In this document: one piece after another, positions 12,914 to 23,280 of the stretch
Numbering within the stretch: the stretch's first letter is position 1
Layout of the letters: every line of letters begins with the position of its first letter
DNA from: an uncultured Spirochaetota bacterium
GTDB lineage: Bacteria > Spirochaetota > Spirochaetia > SZUA-6 > Fen-1364
Assembly (NCBI GenBank): GCA_963781885.1
Contig: CAWAHW010000002.1
Coordinates: 1,184,001 to 1,248,000 of the forward strand
Direction: 5' to 3'
DNA length: 64,000 nt
The notes under the pieces: generated by a model
Seen by the model: the letters and a program-made list of their open reading frames with translations, nothing else
The model's database searches: none
Told to the model about the DNA's origin: nothing
Translations under genes and position numbers: made by a program

Positions 12914-13450
12914 AACGGGGTGGTAGCCGAAGCGGTCGTAGAACGCACGGGCGTGCTCGTTGTGCTCCTCGACGTCAAGCGTCATTTTGTGAGCGCCCGC
13001 GGCCGCGGCCCATTTTTCGCCGGCAAGGAGAAGCTCTTTCCCTGCTCCACGCCCGCGCATCTCTGGCACAATTGCAATGTGTGAAAGATAGAAATCGCCC
13101 GGCCCCAGATCGGCCATGGCCTTCCCCGCGCGGGCCAGATTTAGAAGGCGCGCCATGAATCCGAGCCCGTACCACTTCATAAGCAGTACCGCCGTGTGGA
13201 GCTGCGCCGCGCGCGTGGCGCGTGCGAAAGATCCGACAAACGAGCCGACGATGGCGCCAGGAAAGTTCTGATCAAGGATCACCAGGGTGTTCTCGTGCGA
13301 ATAGGGATTCGCCTTTGCAGTCTGGAGATGGGCAAGAAGAGCCCTTGCGTTGTCACCGAACAAAGCAGGCACCAGGCCGCAGTCCGACTGGAGAACGAGC
13401 TCTGCGACAGCTTCGCTTTCCGATGATTCGGGGCGACGGACAGTGAACAT
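12845..13450 (-). CDS. GNAT family N-acetyltransferase
   Basis: FYLSHIAIVPEMRGRGAGKELL and NEHARAFYDRFGY. ATG at 13450. Confidence 0.88.
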   Translation of the reverse strand: MFTVRRPESSESEAVAELVLQSDCGLVPALFGDNARALLAHLQTAKANPYSHENTLVILDQNFPGAIVGSFVGSFARATRAAQLHTAVLLMKWYGLGFMARLLNLARAGKAMADLGPGDFYLSHIAIVPEMRGRGAGKELLLAGEKWAAAAGAHKMTLDVEEHNEHARAFYDRFGYHPVSAVRIGLGSLGVFSFIRMAKAL

Positions 13451-13525
13451 CGCGGCACCAGTCTGTGGCCCGTACGTTGCGAAGTCAAGCGCCGTGGTTT
13501 CGCGATTGTCCGCGACCCGCGCGCG

Positions 13526-13554
13526 TTGACAGCCCATTCTGCACCGTCTATCCT
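13526..13554 (+). promoter_or_regulatory. tRNA promoter
   Basis: TTGACA (13526-13531)-17-TATCCT (13549-13554). Confidence 0.7.
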
Positions 13555-13572
13555 GACGACCGTTCCCCACAC

Positions 13573-13646
13573 GGGCGGCTAGCTCAGCTGGTTAGAGCGA
13601 TTGGTTTACACCCAATAGGTCGGGGGTCCGAATCCCTCGCCGCCCA
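13573..13646 (+). tRNA. tRNA-Val(TAC), CCA not encoded
   Basis: GGGCGGC/GCCGCCC acceptor stem; D arm AGCTCAGCTGGTTAGAGC; anticodon arm ATTGG-TTTACAC-CCAAT; T arm GGGGG-TCCGAAT-CCCTC. Confidence 0.95.
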
Positions 13647-13747
13647 TCGATAAGGCTTTTCGCATGAATGGATTATCGTTAGGGCCTCGTCCTGCCGGGA
13701 CGCCGCAGCCTATATTGGCAATTCGATTGTACCCCTGCCGCTTCGGG

Positions 13748-14581
13748 TTATTTTGATATTCCGGCCGTCACTCCTCTGACAAGATGTTTCTGGAACAAGA
13801 GAAAGAAGACAATCGTTGGAAGGCTGCTGAAAAGCAGTGCCGCGAAGAGGACGGGATAGTTCGTCAGCCGATGGCTCGTGAGCAGGGCCACGCCAACGGT
13901 GACCGTCCTCTTCAAGGGGTCCTGGAGGAAGATGAGAGAAATCAGGAATTCGGTCCAAATGTTCACGAACTCCAGCACGGCAAGAGAGGCAATCGCTGGG
14001 CGGGCAGTGGCGATCATCAATCGCCAGAACACCTGGTTGTACGTGAGCCCGTCGATCATTCCCGCCTCGATCAACTCGTCCGAGATTTTCGAGAAGTACG
14101 CACGCATGAGATAGACCCCGAAAGGCGCAAAGACCGCAGAATAGATCAGGATGATCAGCCAGTAGGAGTTGACAAGCCGCAGACCCGCCATCTGGACGTA
14201 GAGCGGGACCACAATAACCTGCACGGGAACCATTTGAAAGCTGATAACACCGACGAAGGCGGCCGAACGGCCTGGAAAACGGAGTTTTGCGAAGGAGAAC
14301 CCGGCGAGGAGAGAGACGACGATGATGAGGGCAACGGCGCCGACTGTGACGATCACCGAGTTGGCGAATCCTCGGAAAATGTCTGTCACGGCGAACATCG
14401 TTCGGATGCTATCCATTGTCCACGCGGTGGGTAGACCGTTCGGATTGGTGTAGTAGCCCGCCATCGTCTTGAAGGAGTTCATGGCGAAGTAGAGGAACGG
14501 ATACACGCAGGTGATCGAAAGGATCAGGAGAACGCCGTAGACAAGGATTGATTCCAGCAGCCCTTTTCGTCGCACCTCCAT
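13748..14581 (-). CDS. Carbohydrate ABC transporter permease (MalG-like)
   Basis: EAA loop ELIEAGMIDG; 6 TM; ends VRGVTAGISK. Confidence 0.93.
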   Translation of the reverse strand: MEVRRKGLLESILVYGVLLILSITCVYPFLYFAMNSFKTMAGYYTNPNGLPTAWTMDSIRTMFAVTDIFRGFANSVIVTVGAVALIIVVSLLAGFSFAKLRFPGRSAAFVGVISFQMVPVQVIVVPLYVQMAGLRLVNSYWLIILIYSAVFAPFGVYLMRAYFSKISDELIEAGMIDGLTYNQVFWRLMIATARPAIASLAVLEFVNIWTEFLISLIFLQDPLKRTVTVGVALLTSHRLTNYPVLFAALLFSSLPTIVFFLLFQKHLVRGVTAGISK

Positions 14582-14606
14582 CTGCCGCCACTCCCCCCTT
14601 CTGCTG

Positions 14607-15500
14607 CTATAGCGGTCGCAGGAACTTGATCTGAACCACAGAGATCAGGAAGGTCACGAGGAAAAGGATCACTCCGATCGCCGAGGCGTGCCCGTATTGC
14701 TGGTTGTTGAAGGCGTCTTGGTAGATGTAATACTCCATCGTTGTCGTGGAGAATCCCGGGCCCCCGCCGGTCATCACGTAGATGAGACTGAACATCTGCG
14801 TGAACGCGGCAATGACGCACAGCACCATGAATAGCCCGATGTACGTGCGCATCTGGGGGACCACGATTCGCCAGAACGTGGTCCACGTGCTCGCGCCATC
14901 GATGTGCGCGGCCTCGGTCACCTCGTCCTGCAGCGTTGCGAGACCCGCCAAGTAGATGATCATCCCGACACCGATGTAGGCCCAGATGAGCGTGACAATG
15001 ACCGCGGTGAACGCAGTCGGTCCCGACTGCCACCAGTCGACCTTCGGCAATCCCACCAGGTGGAACAATTCGTTCAACGGGCCGTTGAACGAAAAAATGA
15101 ACTGCCATGTGATGCCGATCACGGGCCATGACAGGGCCACGGGCGCGTAGAGGATCATCCGAAAGGCTCGCCAACCCCGGATCTGGCCATGCAGGAAGAA
15201 CGCGATCAGTAATGGAAGAATCACCCAGATTGGAATCGTCGCGAGGAGGATGACATTGTTCAGCGCGATTCGCCGGAATATGGAGCTCGTGAACAGCTTC
15301 AGGAAGTTCTCAAGACCGACAAAGCGCGCAGTGATGCCATTCCAGTCGAAGAAGCTGTAGTAGAAAGTCTGACAGATCGGATACAGGAGGAAGCACGCAA
15401 GGACGATGAGGGCGGGAAGCGCGTAGAGCACGCCCGTCGCGGCCGCTTGGCTCCGCAGCGATCGGGTGCGCCCGCCCGCGGCTGACATGGGTCGTTTCAC
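14607..15500 (-). CDS. Carbohydrate ABC transporter permease (MalF-like)
   Basis: FVGLENF, EAAHIDGA, MTGGGPG. Confidence 0.93.
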   Translation of the reverse strand: MKRPMSAAGGRTRSLRSQAAATGVLYALPALIVLACFLLYPICQTFYYSFFDWNGITARFVGLENFLKLFTSSIFRRIALNNVILLATIPIWVILPLLIAFFLHGQIRGWRAFRMILYAPVALSWPVIGITWQFIFSFNGPLNELFHLVGLPKVDWWQSGPTAFTAVIVTLIWAYIGVGMIIYLAGLATLQDEVTEAAHIDGASTWTTFWRIVVPQMRTYIGLFMVLCVIAAFTQMFSLIYVMTGGGPGFSTTTMEYYIYQDAFNNQQYGHASAIGVILFLVTFLISVVQIKFLRPL

Positions 15501-15567
15501 CGGGTCTCCAAGATCTCCGGGCGAACCGGGCGCCCCGTTCGGGTGCCGCCCGGTTCCGCGCCCGCTT

Positions 15568-16899
15568 TCATTCCGTCTTGTCGCTGTCTGACAATCCGTC
15601 CCACGCCTGTTGCACCACTGTCAGCGCATCGGCTGCCGAAACCTTTTGCGTGAGCGCCAGCTGGAACTCTTTGTTCAATGCGTCCATCACGCTCGGCTGG
15701 ATGAGATTGTCGAACATCGGCCATAGCTTGTTTTTCGGTGCGAGGGTCATGATTTGTTCGTACATGGCCTTCTGTACCGTGTTGACAAAATCCGTTGTCG
15801 ATGCGTCGCTGTTCGTCCCGGGAAGGAGGCCGGCCTTGACGGCGGCGGCCCGCACGGGTGGGGTCAGCGCTGCCTTTAGGAACGCCACGCCGAGCCCCGG
15901 ATACTTGCTGTAGTTCGTGACGGAGGTCATGACCCCGGGGTAGGCGACCAAGTCTCCTTCAGACGCCGCCCCCGGATCCTGTGGTATCACGATGTATCCG
16001 AGGTTCTCGATTCCGGGCGACGGGGCGAAGACCGGCAGGTCGTAACTACCGCTTCCCAGATACATCGCGGTCTTTCCAGTCGCGAAGAGTTCCTGGGGAT
16101 TCTTGTTCGACAGGAGGTCCTGGTTGCTGTTTCCGCTTGTGTAGAGGCTCACCATGCGGGTCATCGCGGCGACGATCCGGGGATCCGTCCATTTGATCTT
16201 GCCGGTCCGCAGATCGTTGATCTGTTCGGCCGTGATGAAATTCATGAGATAGTAGGTGAACTCGTTTTGGGATTGGTAGCCGCCCTGGAAGTTCTGGCCG
16301 GATGCCAGCGGCACGATGCCCGCGTTCTTGAGACGGGAGATGTCATCGAGAAACTCGGCATAGGTGGCCGGCAGCTTGGTGATCCCGGCCTTCGCGAAAA
16401 GTTCTTTGTTGTACCATCCTGAGTAGGTTTGCAGCTCCTCGAAGACGACGCCATAGATGGTTCCCGTGCGGCTGAATCCATCCGCTGCGTATTGCAGCCC
16501 TATCATCGAGTTTTTCTCCGCGTCAGTGAGCTCTTTGTTCAGGGGCAGCAGGAATTGCTTGTAGCGCAGGCCGTACAAGCCTGACCAGAGGTCGACGATG
16601 TCGGGACCGGTTTTTGCAACCGATGACGATTGGAACAAGGCGAAGAACTGCTCGTTGGTCGGCTGATGCACGATCTCGACGTGGTTGCCTGGACTCGCTC
16701 TCTCGAACTCCTTCACGGCTGCTTCGATGACCGCCGTCTCAGGGTCCGTGGGAGCAAACTGGGTCCAGTACTTCAGAGTTGTGCCAGCGGGCGCGGCGCC
16801 CGTCGGTTCCTTTGCCCCGCCTGCAAATGCCAAGACGGGCAAGACCACGAGAAGGCCCAGGACCGCCAACATATGCTTGGCACGCGGATACAGTTTCAT
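15568..16899 (-). CDS. Carbohydrate ABC substrate-binding protein
   Basis: Signal ...FAGGAKE, GPDIV, WYNKELFAKAGI, FATGKTAM. Confidence 0.92.
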   Translation of the reverse strand: MKLYPRAKHMLAVLGLLVVLPVLAFAGGAKEPTGAAPAGTTLKYWTQFAPTDPETAVIEAAVKEFERASPGNHVEIVHQPTNEQFFALFQSSSVAKTGPDIVDLWSGLYGLRYKQFLLPLNKELTDAEKNSMIGLQYAADGFSRTGTIYGVVFEELQTYSGWYNKELFAKAGITKLPATYAEFLDDISRLKNAGIVPLASGQNFQGGYQSQNEFTYYLMNFITAEQINDLRTGKIKWTDPRIVAAMTRMVSLYTSGNSNQDLLSNKNPQELFATGKTAMYLGSGSYDLPVFAPSPGIENLGYIVIPQDPGAASEGDLVAYPGVMTSVTNYSKYPGLGVAFLKAALTPPVRAAAVKAGLLPGTNSDASTTDFVNTVQKAMYEQIMTLAPKNKLWPMFDNLIQPSVMDALNKEFQLALTQKVSAADALTVVQQAWDGLSDSDKTE

Positions 16900-16927
16900 C
16901 GATCCCTCCTTGACCGAACTTCGGTCA

Positions 16928-16941
16928 GTTTGACGTCAAAC
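16928..16941. promoter_or_regulatory. LacI-type operator, copy 1
   Basis: Palindrome GTTTGACGTCAAAC with a central CG, just downstream of the minus-strand TTGACA-17-TATATG promoter; identical copy at 18578. Confidence 0.8.
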
Positions 16942-16986
16942 CTGCATATAGCACAGTCACACTGTGCTGTCAACGGGCTTTTTGCC

Positions 16987-17382
16987 TCAGGTCTGCAACG
17001 CGAGCCCCATCATGCCAATGTAGGCGAGATTCGCCTGCGTGACATCCATCCTGCCGTACTGGATGACCACATCGATGTCGCTCTGGAACCGAAGCGCGTA
17101 CTGCGTCCGACGGGGGATCTGGATGCCGCCGATCTCGGCGGGATGGTCCATCCTCAAGCAGGTGATCCGTCTGGCTGCGACGGTGAGAGGGACGCCGGTT
17201 TGCGGCTCCCTGTCCTGGAAATACACGTCCATAAGAACGTTGGCCGGCCGGTCGTGACAGTTGAGAATCATGATCGCCTCGTGTCCTTCATAGCCCGAGT
17301 CGAGCTCCGGGTTTTGAGTCGGCATCCAGCCGTCGGCGACAAACCATGTCTTCGCGCCGTTCCGTTGTTCAGCGGTCATCAC
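16987..17382 (-). CDS. Sensory rhodopsin transducer (ASRT) family protein
   Basis: KTWFVADGWMP, HEAIMILN, VYFQDREP, VAARR, VVIQYGRMD. Confidence 0.85.
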   Translation of the reverse strand: MMTAEQRNGAKTWFVADGWMPTQNPELDSGYEGHEAIMILNCHDRPANVLMDVYFQDREPQTGVPLTVAARRITCLRMDHPAEIGGIQIPRRTQYALRFQSDIDVVIQYGRMDVTQANLAYIGMMGLALQT

Positions 17383-17395
17383 GACCTCCTTCGGC

Positions 17396-18565
17396 TCATT
17401 TTTTCGAGTGATTTGCGCACAACTGGCGGATCAACGGCGTGAGGGATTCAGGCCCTGACTCGGTGATGACAAAGCCTTCCTCGATCCGGTTTGACCCGCA
17501 CGGGTGGCCGAAAAGGGAGATGTCGGAATTGACGCACATGTTGGCGAGCAGGTCGTAAGCGGAGCTCGCGTCCGGGTACGGTGACTCTGCCTCGGCCAGC
17601 CCGATTCCGTGCATGGGAGGATACACGTCGTAGCGTTCGTAGCCGTGCCTCTTGAATACCTGCCGTACTGCCTCCACCATGCCGGCGGCCCGGGTTCCTC
17701 CCTTCAGATACCCCAGTTGGACGTTCGCTGCCTCGAACAAAACGTCGAGCATCTCGCGTTGCTCGGCCGACGCCGTGCCGGCGACAAATGGGTACTCGAC
17801 GGTCGCGGTGTAGCCTTCGTATTGCACCGCGAGAGCGGACATGATCATATCGCCGTCCTTGATGATCCGCGACGTCGGACGGCCGATAATGGTGTTGGTC
17901 CGCGGTCCGCTCCCGAACACATGGAAGGTGATCGCCTCTGCGCCCTCACGTCGCGCAGCGCCCTCGGCCGAGCCCGCGGCAAAGAGTTCGGTATTTCCTG
18001 GGACGGCGGTTTCGAGCAGCTTGGAATAGCCCGCGCAGGCGATCCGCCCGGCCTCCCGCAGACAACTGATCTCGGCCGGGCTCTTGATTACACGCATCTT
18101 CTGTATGAGCTCGTCCGCCGGGACGATCTGCAGATCCTTTCGGGAGGCCGTGAGGCGTTCGCGGATGACGGCGGGAACGTCGAACGTACCGACGAGCCCA
18201 ATGGTGCGGCCGCTCCCCAAGACCTCGTCCACGATCTCCGCGAAGCTCGAAAAGACCGCGAGAGGATAGTCGATCTCCTCCGGCACCGACACGCATGCGA
18301 AGTCCTTTACATTTCGGACGTCGGACCACACCGATTGCTCGCGAGCATAACGCTCGCCTTCGGGAGCACCCGCGAGGATGGGCGAGCCGTACCTGCCAAT
18401 GAAGCACATCCCGCGCTCGAATATGGGCCAGAAGTTGCTTACGTAGCGCAAGTTTTCCTTTCGATACTCGTCACCGTAGACCGCGAGGGCGTCGATTCTT
18501 CTCTTCGCCATCTCAACGCGGATACGATCGATCCGCTGCTCAAACTCTTCTCTCTGTATCCTCAC
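17396..18565 (-). CDS. M24 (creatinase/Xaa-Pro peptidase fold) hydrolase with atypical metal ligands
   Basis: Creatinase-N domain (ENLRYVSNF), RVIKSPAEI, HGIGLAEAESP, RIEE. GTG start after AGGAG. Confidence 0.85.
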   Translation of the reverse strand: MRIQREEFEQRIDRIRVEMAKRRIDALAVYGDEYRKENLRYVSNFWPIFERGMCFIGRYGSPILAGAPEGERYAREQSVWSDVRNVKDFACVSVPEEIDYPLAVFSSFAEIVDEVLGSGRTIGLVGTFDVPAVIRERLTASRKDLQIVPADELIQKMRVIKSPAEISCLREAGRIACAGYSKLLETAVPGNTELFAAGSAEGAARREGAEAITFHVFGSGPRTNTIIGRPTSRIIKDGDMIMSALAVQYEGYTATVEYPFVAGTASAEQREMLDVLFEAANVQLGYLKGGTRAAGMVEAVRQVFKRHGYERYDVYPPMHGIGLAEAESPYPDASSAYDLLANMCVNSDISLFGHPCGSNRIEEGFVITESGPESLTPLIRQLCANHSKK

Positions 18566-18577
18566 GCGGTGCTCCTG

Positions 18578-18591
18578 GTTTGACGTCAAAC
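18578..18591. promoter_or_regulatory. LacI-type operator, copy 2
   Basis: GTTTGACGTCAAAC downstream of the minus-strand TTGACA-18-TATGAT promoter. Confidence 0.8.
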
Positions 18592-18672
18592 TGATTTCAT
18601 CATATTCTCGTGGATCAGTAGTTGTCAAGAAGAAAAAGACCGAGTAAAGCTTCAGGCAGACAGGACAGAGGA

Positions 18673-19740
18673 GTGAAGAAAGCAAGGCGGCCAGGGCGAA
18701 AGAAACCGACGATCAGGGACATCGCCACGAAAGCGGGGGTGTCGGAGACTACCGTCTCCCTCGCCTTCCAAGCGGGCTCGCGGATAAGCCGGACGACCCG
18801 GGATCGACTGCTAAGAATCGCGCGCGAGCTGAACTACGTGCCGCATACGGCGGCCCGCGAGCTTCGGCGAGGCAGAACGGGAACGGTTGGAATAATCGTG
18901 AACGACATCACCAACCCCTTCTATGGCTGGATGATTCGTCTTGCGGCACACGTCGTCAACGAACGCGGCTTCCAGCTCGTCTTTGGCGAGCTGGAGTGGG
19001 ACCCGCGGAAGGAGGAGGCGGTCCTCACCAACATGATTCAGGGTCGTGTCGAGGGTTTGATCCTGTGTTCCACCGAGAAGCTTCCGGCGGCCTCCAGGAC
19101 ACTGAAAGGTCTGGAGCTCCCCTACATCATGGTCGACACCTGCCCTGAGGATTACAATGGCCCGTACGTCATCAATGACGCCTTCGCGTCTGGATACAAG
19201 GCAACGCAGCACCTCGTCGAGATGGGGTGCACGCGTATTGCGATGTTCGACGCTGACAGGGACATGGTCGATTTCAGTTCCTTCCGTCTGATGAGAAAGG
19301 GCTTCGAGGAGGCCACTCGGCAATCACATACCTCAATATCTGAACACTTTCGAGTCCTTTCGGGATTGAGCATAGAGGCCGGCCGCCGGGCATTCCGGCG
19401 CCTTCTCGATCAGGGGACGCAGCCGGACGGCATCTTTGCGCTGAATGACCTATGCTGCTTTGGCATCATGGACGCCGCCGACGAAGCCGGTATTTGTCCG
19501 GGCAAAGACCTTGCTCTTGTCGGCGTGGACAACACGGAGATCTCTTCGATGAGACGAATCTCGCTGACGTCGATCTCAATCGACTACCCCACGATGCTCG
19601 AGCAGGCAGCCAACTTGCTCATGGACGCGGTAGAACAGGGGAGAAAACCCAAAGTCCGGCAGGTGATAGCTCCTGAGCTGATTGCGAGATCGAGCACGCT
19701 GGCTTTCACGCCTCGTGGGGGCAGTCGTCGGTCAAAATAG
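18673..19740 (+). CDS. LacI family transcriptional regulator
   Basis: TIRDIATKAGVSETTVS HTH, DITNPFY, GIFALND, PELIARSST. The start could instead be the TTG at 18622. Confidence 0.95.
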   Translation: MKKARRPGRKKPTIRDIATKAGVSETTVSLAFQAGSRISRTTRDRLLRIARELNYVPHTAARELRRGRTGTVGIIVNDITNPFYGWMIRLAAHVVNERGFQLVFGELEWDPRKEEAVLTNMIQGRVEGLILCSTEKLPAASRTLKGLELPYIMVDTCPEDYNGPYVINDAFASGYKATQHLVEMGCTRIAMFDADRDMVDFSSFRLMRKGFEEATRQSHTSISEHFRVLSGLSIEAGRRAFRRLLDQGTQPDGIFALNDLCCFGIMDAADEAGICPGKDLALVGVDNTEISSMRRISLTSISIDYPTMLEQAANLLMDAVEQGRKPKVRQVIAPELIARSSTLAFTPRGGSRRSK

Positions 19741-19831
19741 TTCGCGACTGCGCGCGGTGGCTTTGCTGCGCGAGGCGTCGGGCGGAGGGGTCCGCTTGCC
19801 GCCGATGATTCCCGGTCATATAGTCGCCTTC

Positions 19832-21824
19832 ATGAGCGGACAATCGGGCACTTCCCCTGGAGAGGCGGCTCCGTGGTTTGAGACGCCTCCGAAGGGAGTG
19901 GAAATCGAGGACGCGTACTGGTCGCCGCGGCTCGAGCTGAATCGGAAGCGCGCGATCCTCTACCAATGGGAGCAATACCAGCGTTACGGGACCATCGACA
20001 ATTTCCGCATACTTGCGGGCACGAAGAAAGGCGAGCGGCGCGGATTTTTCTACGCCGACTCCGACCTCCATAAATGGGCCGACGCTGCCAGCCGCATCCT
20101 GCGCGCAGGGCCAGACACGTCCATCGAAGGCCTTCTCCGAGAATATGTGACGCTCATGGCCAGTTGCCAGGAGCCCGACGGGTACCTCTTCACGTACAAC
20201 CAGCTCCACTTCCCCGGCACACGATGGAAGAATCTCCAGATCGAGCACGAGCTCTATTGCCACGGCCATTTCATCGAGGCGGGAGTTTCGCACTTCGAAG
20301 CGACGGGCCGGCGCGATCTCATCGACCTGGCCGAGAAATCGGCCCGGCTCATCGTGCGCGAGTTCAAGGACGCCGGGCCGGAGAGAACGAGCGGTCATGA
20401 AGAGGTCGAGATTGCGCTGCTTCGACTCTACGGGATCGCGGGCGACGTCGAGTACCTGGAAACGGCGCGGAACCTGCTTGAGCGGCGGGGCAGGATCAAG
20501 GGATTCGGCGCGAAGCTCCTGCGGCAGGTGCTCTCCCAGGTGGCGCGATCCAAAGCCGCCGACCGGCAGAAGTCGGAGAAGGGCCAGCTCGGCTTCGAAA
20601 TGGGAGAGAACCTCACGAAGCGCGAGCCTCCCTTCCTTCTGCTGAGAGCCCTGCCATGCTTCCTGAGCGGCGCTTACCAGCAACAGGATCGACCGATGAG
20701 GAAGCAGATCGAGCCAAAAGGCCATGCGGTCCGCTGGACCTATCTGATGGCCGCTGCCGCCAGGCTCCACCGCGAAAGTCCCGACGCGAGCCTCCTCCAC
20801 TGGATGCGTTCGGCCTGGGATCGTCTGGTCGAGGAAAAGATGTACGTCACGGGCGGCATCGGCTCGCTTCCAATCCTGGAGGGTTTCGGCCGTCCCTTCG
20901 AGCTCGACAACCGCTACTCGTATTCAGAGACATGCGCCGCGATCGGGAGCATCCTGTGGAATCGGGAGCTTTCCCTTGCGACCGGCGAGGCGCGCTATGC
21001 CGACCTCATTGAGTGGCAGCTGCAAAATGCGGCCTCCGTCGGCATCGCGCTTTCCGGCGATCGCTATTTCTATCGCAATCCACTCTCCGCCGATGGAGAG
21101 CTCGAGCGGCGCCCCTGGTACGCGACCGCCTGCTGCCCCTCGAATATCTCCCGGCTCTGGGCAGAGGTGCCGCGTCTCATCTTTGCGCGCAGTGAGGGCC
21201 TGATCCGCATCGATCAATACATCGGCTCCAGCGCGCGCTTCGATGCCGATGTCTCGGTCCGCATGAAGTCAGCGCTGCCCTGGGAGGGACTCGTCAGGAT
21301 CGAGGTTGAAAGCGCATCGCCGATCACCGTTCTCCTCCGCATGCCCTGCTGGGCCGGCAAGGCCAAAATGACGCTGAGAGGTACCTCACCGCGAACAATC
21401 GAGCGTCTGGTCGAGCAGCGCTTTGGCAAGGCACGTTTTGATCGCGCTGAATACCTGGCCTGTGAGCTCGGATCAGGGAAAAGCGAAATCTCGCTCGATT
21501 TCTCCATGGAGATCTCTCTGCTGAGGGCGCATCCTCTGGTGCGAGCCGATGTCGGCCGGGTTGTAGTCACGCGCGGCCCTCTGGTCTACTGCGCGGAAAC
21601 GGTTGACAACCCGGGGCTGGACCTCGACGCGGTCTCGCTCGACGCCGCATCACTACATTACAGATGGGCCGAGGGACTCTTCGGCGTCGGCTGTGGGACG
21701 ATATCGGGCAGTACCAGTGAAGGCCTTCCCCTCAGCGTTCATCCCGTACGCTTTTTGGGGAAATCGGGGGCCCGGTTCGATGCGAGTTTGGATTCGACGC
21801 TCAACTAAAATGGTCCGAACTTGA
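19832..21824 (+). CDS. GH127 beta-L-arabinofuranosidase-like glycoside hydrolase (C-terminal frameshift near 21735)
   Basis: HELYCHGH, GHEEVEIAL, GHAVR, YSETCA, CCPSN. The conserved tail IPYAFWGNRGPGSMRVWI lies in another frame (ORF 21603..21824). Confidence 0.88.
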
Positions 21825-23280
21825 CCGCCACCGCCAGCGCCATGAAGGCGAAGCAGATGAGGACCGTGATCGCCTGGAGGGGCAGGGTCCAGCGCACCCA
21901 CTTCGGGTAGCTCACGATGGTGAGGCCAAGGCAGATCATGAGGAACGGATTCGTCGGATAGAGGATGTTGGCGAAGCCGTCGCCGTTGTCGAAAGCGAAG
22001 ACGACCGTCTGACGCGTGAGACCGACCAGGTCGGCAAGGGGCGCGAGGATCGGGATGATGAGAAAGGCCTTTGCCGACGCCGACGGAATGAAGAACTCGA
22101 ACACAAGCGTGATCAGGTAGACGAAGGCGACGGCGGCGTATGGGCCGACGCCGCTTATCTTGCTTGCCGCCGCAAAGAGAATCGTGTCGAGGATGCCGCC
22201 CTTCGTGATGATGAGCTTCACGCTCATGGCCATGAGGATCATGACGATGGCCGGGAGGATGGACCGCATGCCGATCAGGAAGCAGCGGCCAAGGGCTTTG
22301 CCCTTTTCCCCGGCGACAAGCGCCGCTCCGTTGCACGCGATGACGAAAAAAAGGCCCATGATCGGAAAGGCGAAAGACGAGATTGCCGTGATGCGGGTCG
22401 CGGCAAGGATGAAGAGGATCGCCGCGAGGAACCAGAGGCCGAGCCATCTGACCGCGGCGCGCATCCGGGGCTGGGACGCCATCTCGTCGCTGGCAACCGC
22501 ACCGGAGACGTCGATGGAGGCGCGCAGACGAAGGTCCTCCTCCCGGACGATGGAACGGGACGGATCGCGCTCCACCTTGCGGGCATGACGGCGGACAAAG
22601 AGAAACACCAGGGCGAACATGGTGATGAAGAAAATCGCCCGCAGCCACAGGCCCGAATAGAGCGGAAGACCGGACAGCGATTGCGCGATGGTCACCATGA
22701 AGGGGTCCATCGTCGCCGCGGCGAAGCCGAATCCGAGAGAGAGCAGGCTCATGCCGAGCCCGGTGAGGCTGTCCCATCCAAGATAGAGCGCAAGCGGCAC
22801 GATGAAGACGACCAGCGGGGCCGCCTCCTCGTAGATGCCCAGGACGGAGGAGGCGATCATGAAGAAGAAGATGATCGCCGCCATGAGCACGTACTTGTTC
22901 TTCCGGAAGCGCGCCACGATCATGGAAAGGGCGACCTTCAGGATGCCGCCCTTGTCCAGGACGGTGAATGAGCCGCCGATGAGGACGAGCAGGATGATGA
23001 TCGTGATGACCTGTACGTTGCCCGGGAGACCACAGGACCTCCACGGGCGCGGTGAGCCACCGCCAGGGGGGATAGCTCGGTCGGGCGCCGTAGGCGAAGG
23101 TGCCGGGCACGACCCTGTCGACGCCGGCCTGCCACCGTATGGGTGTAGCTGCCCGGACGGAATCACGTAGGTGAGGATGCCCGAGCCGATCATCAGGGCG
23201 AGTATGATCGCGATCGTGGTGATGAAGGCACGCGCGCTGATCTGGATTGCTGCGCCGCTCCGCTTTGCCTGGTCGCTCAT
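21805..23280 (-). CDS. YfcC/DcuC-like membrane transporter (two compensating frameshifts near 23140 and 23025)
   Basis: About 12 TM; LTYVIPSG, IGGSF, DPFMVTIAQ, FFIPSASAKA, GDGFANILYPTN. Confidence 0.85.
   Translation of the reverse strand: MSDQAKRSGAAIQISARAFITTIAIILALMIGSGILTYVIPSGQLHPYGGRPASTGSCPAPSPTAPDRAIPPGGGSPRPWRSCGLPGNVQVITIIILLVLIGGSFTVLDKGGILKVALSMIVARFRKNKYVLMAAIIFFFMIASSVLGIYEEAAPLVVFIVPLALYLGWDSLTGLGMSLLSLGFGFAAATMDPFMVTIAQSLSGLPLYSGLWLRAIFFITMFALVFLFVRRHARKVERDPSRSIVREEDLRLRASIDVSGAVASDEMASQPRMRAAVRWLGLWFLAAILFILAATRITAISSFAFPIMGLFFVIACNGAALVAGEKGKALGRCFLIGMRSILPAIVMILMAMSVKLIITKGGILDTILFAAASKISGVGPYAAVAFVYLITLVFEFFIPSASAKAFLIIPILAPLADLVGLTRQTVVFAFDNGDGFANILYPTNPFLMICLGLTIVSYPKWVRWTLPLQAITVLICFAFMALAVAVKFGPF

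Noticed and set aside
13573-13750. tRNA-Val as the integration site of an island
   Set aside because: No integrase, and I found no duplicated tRNA 3' end by eye.
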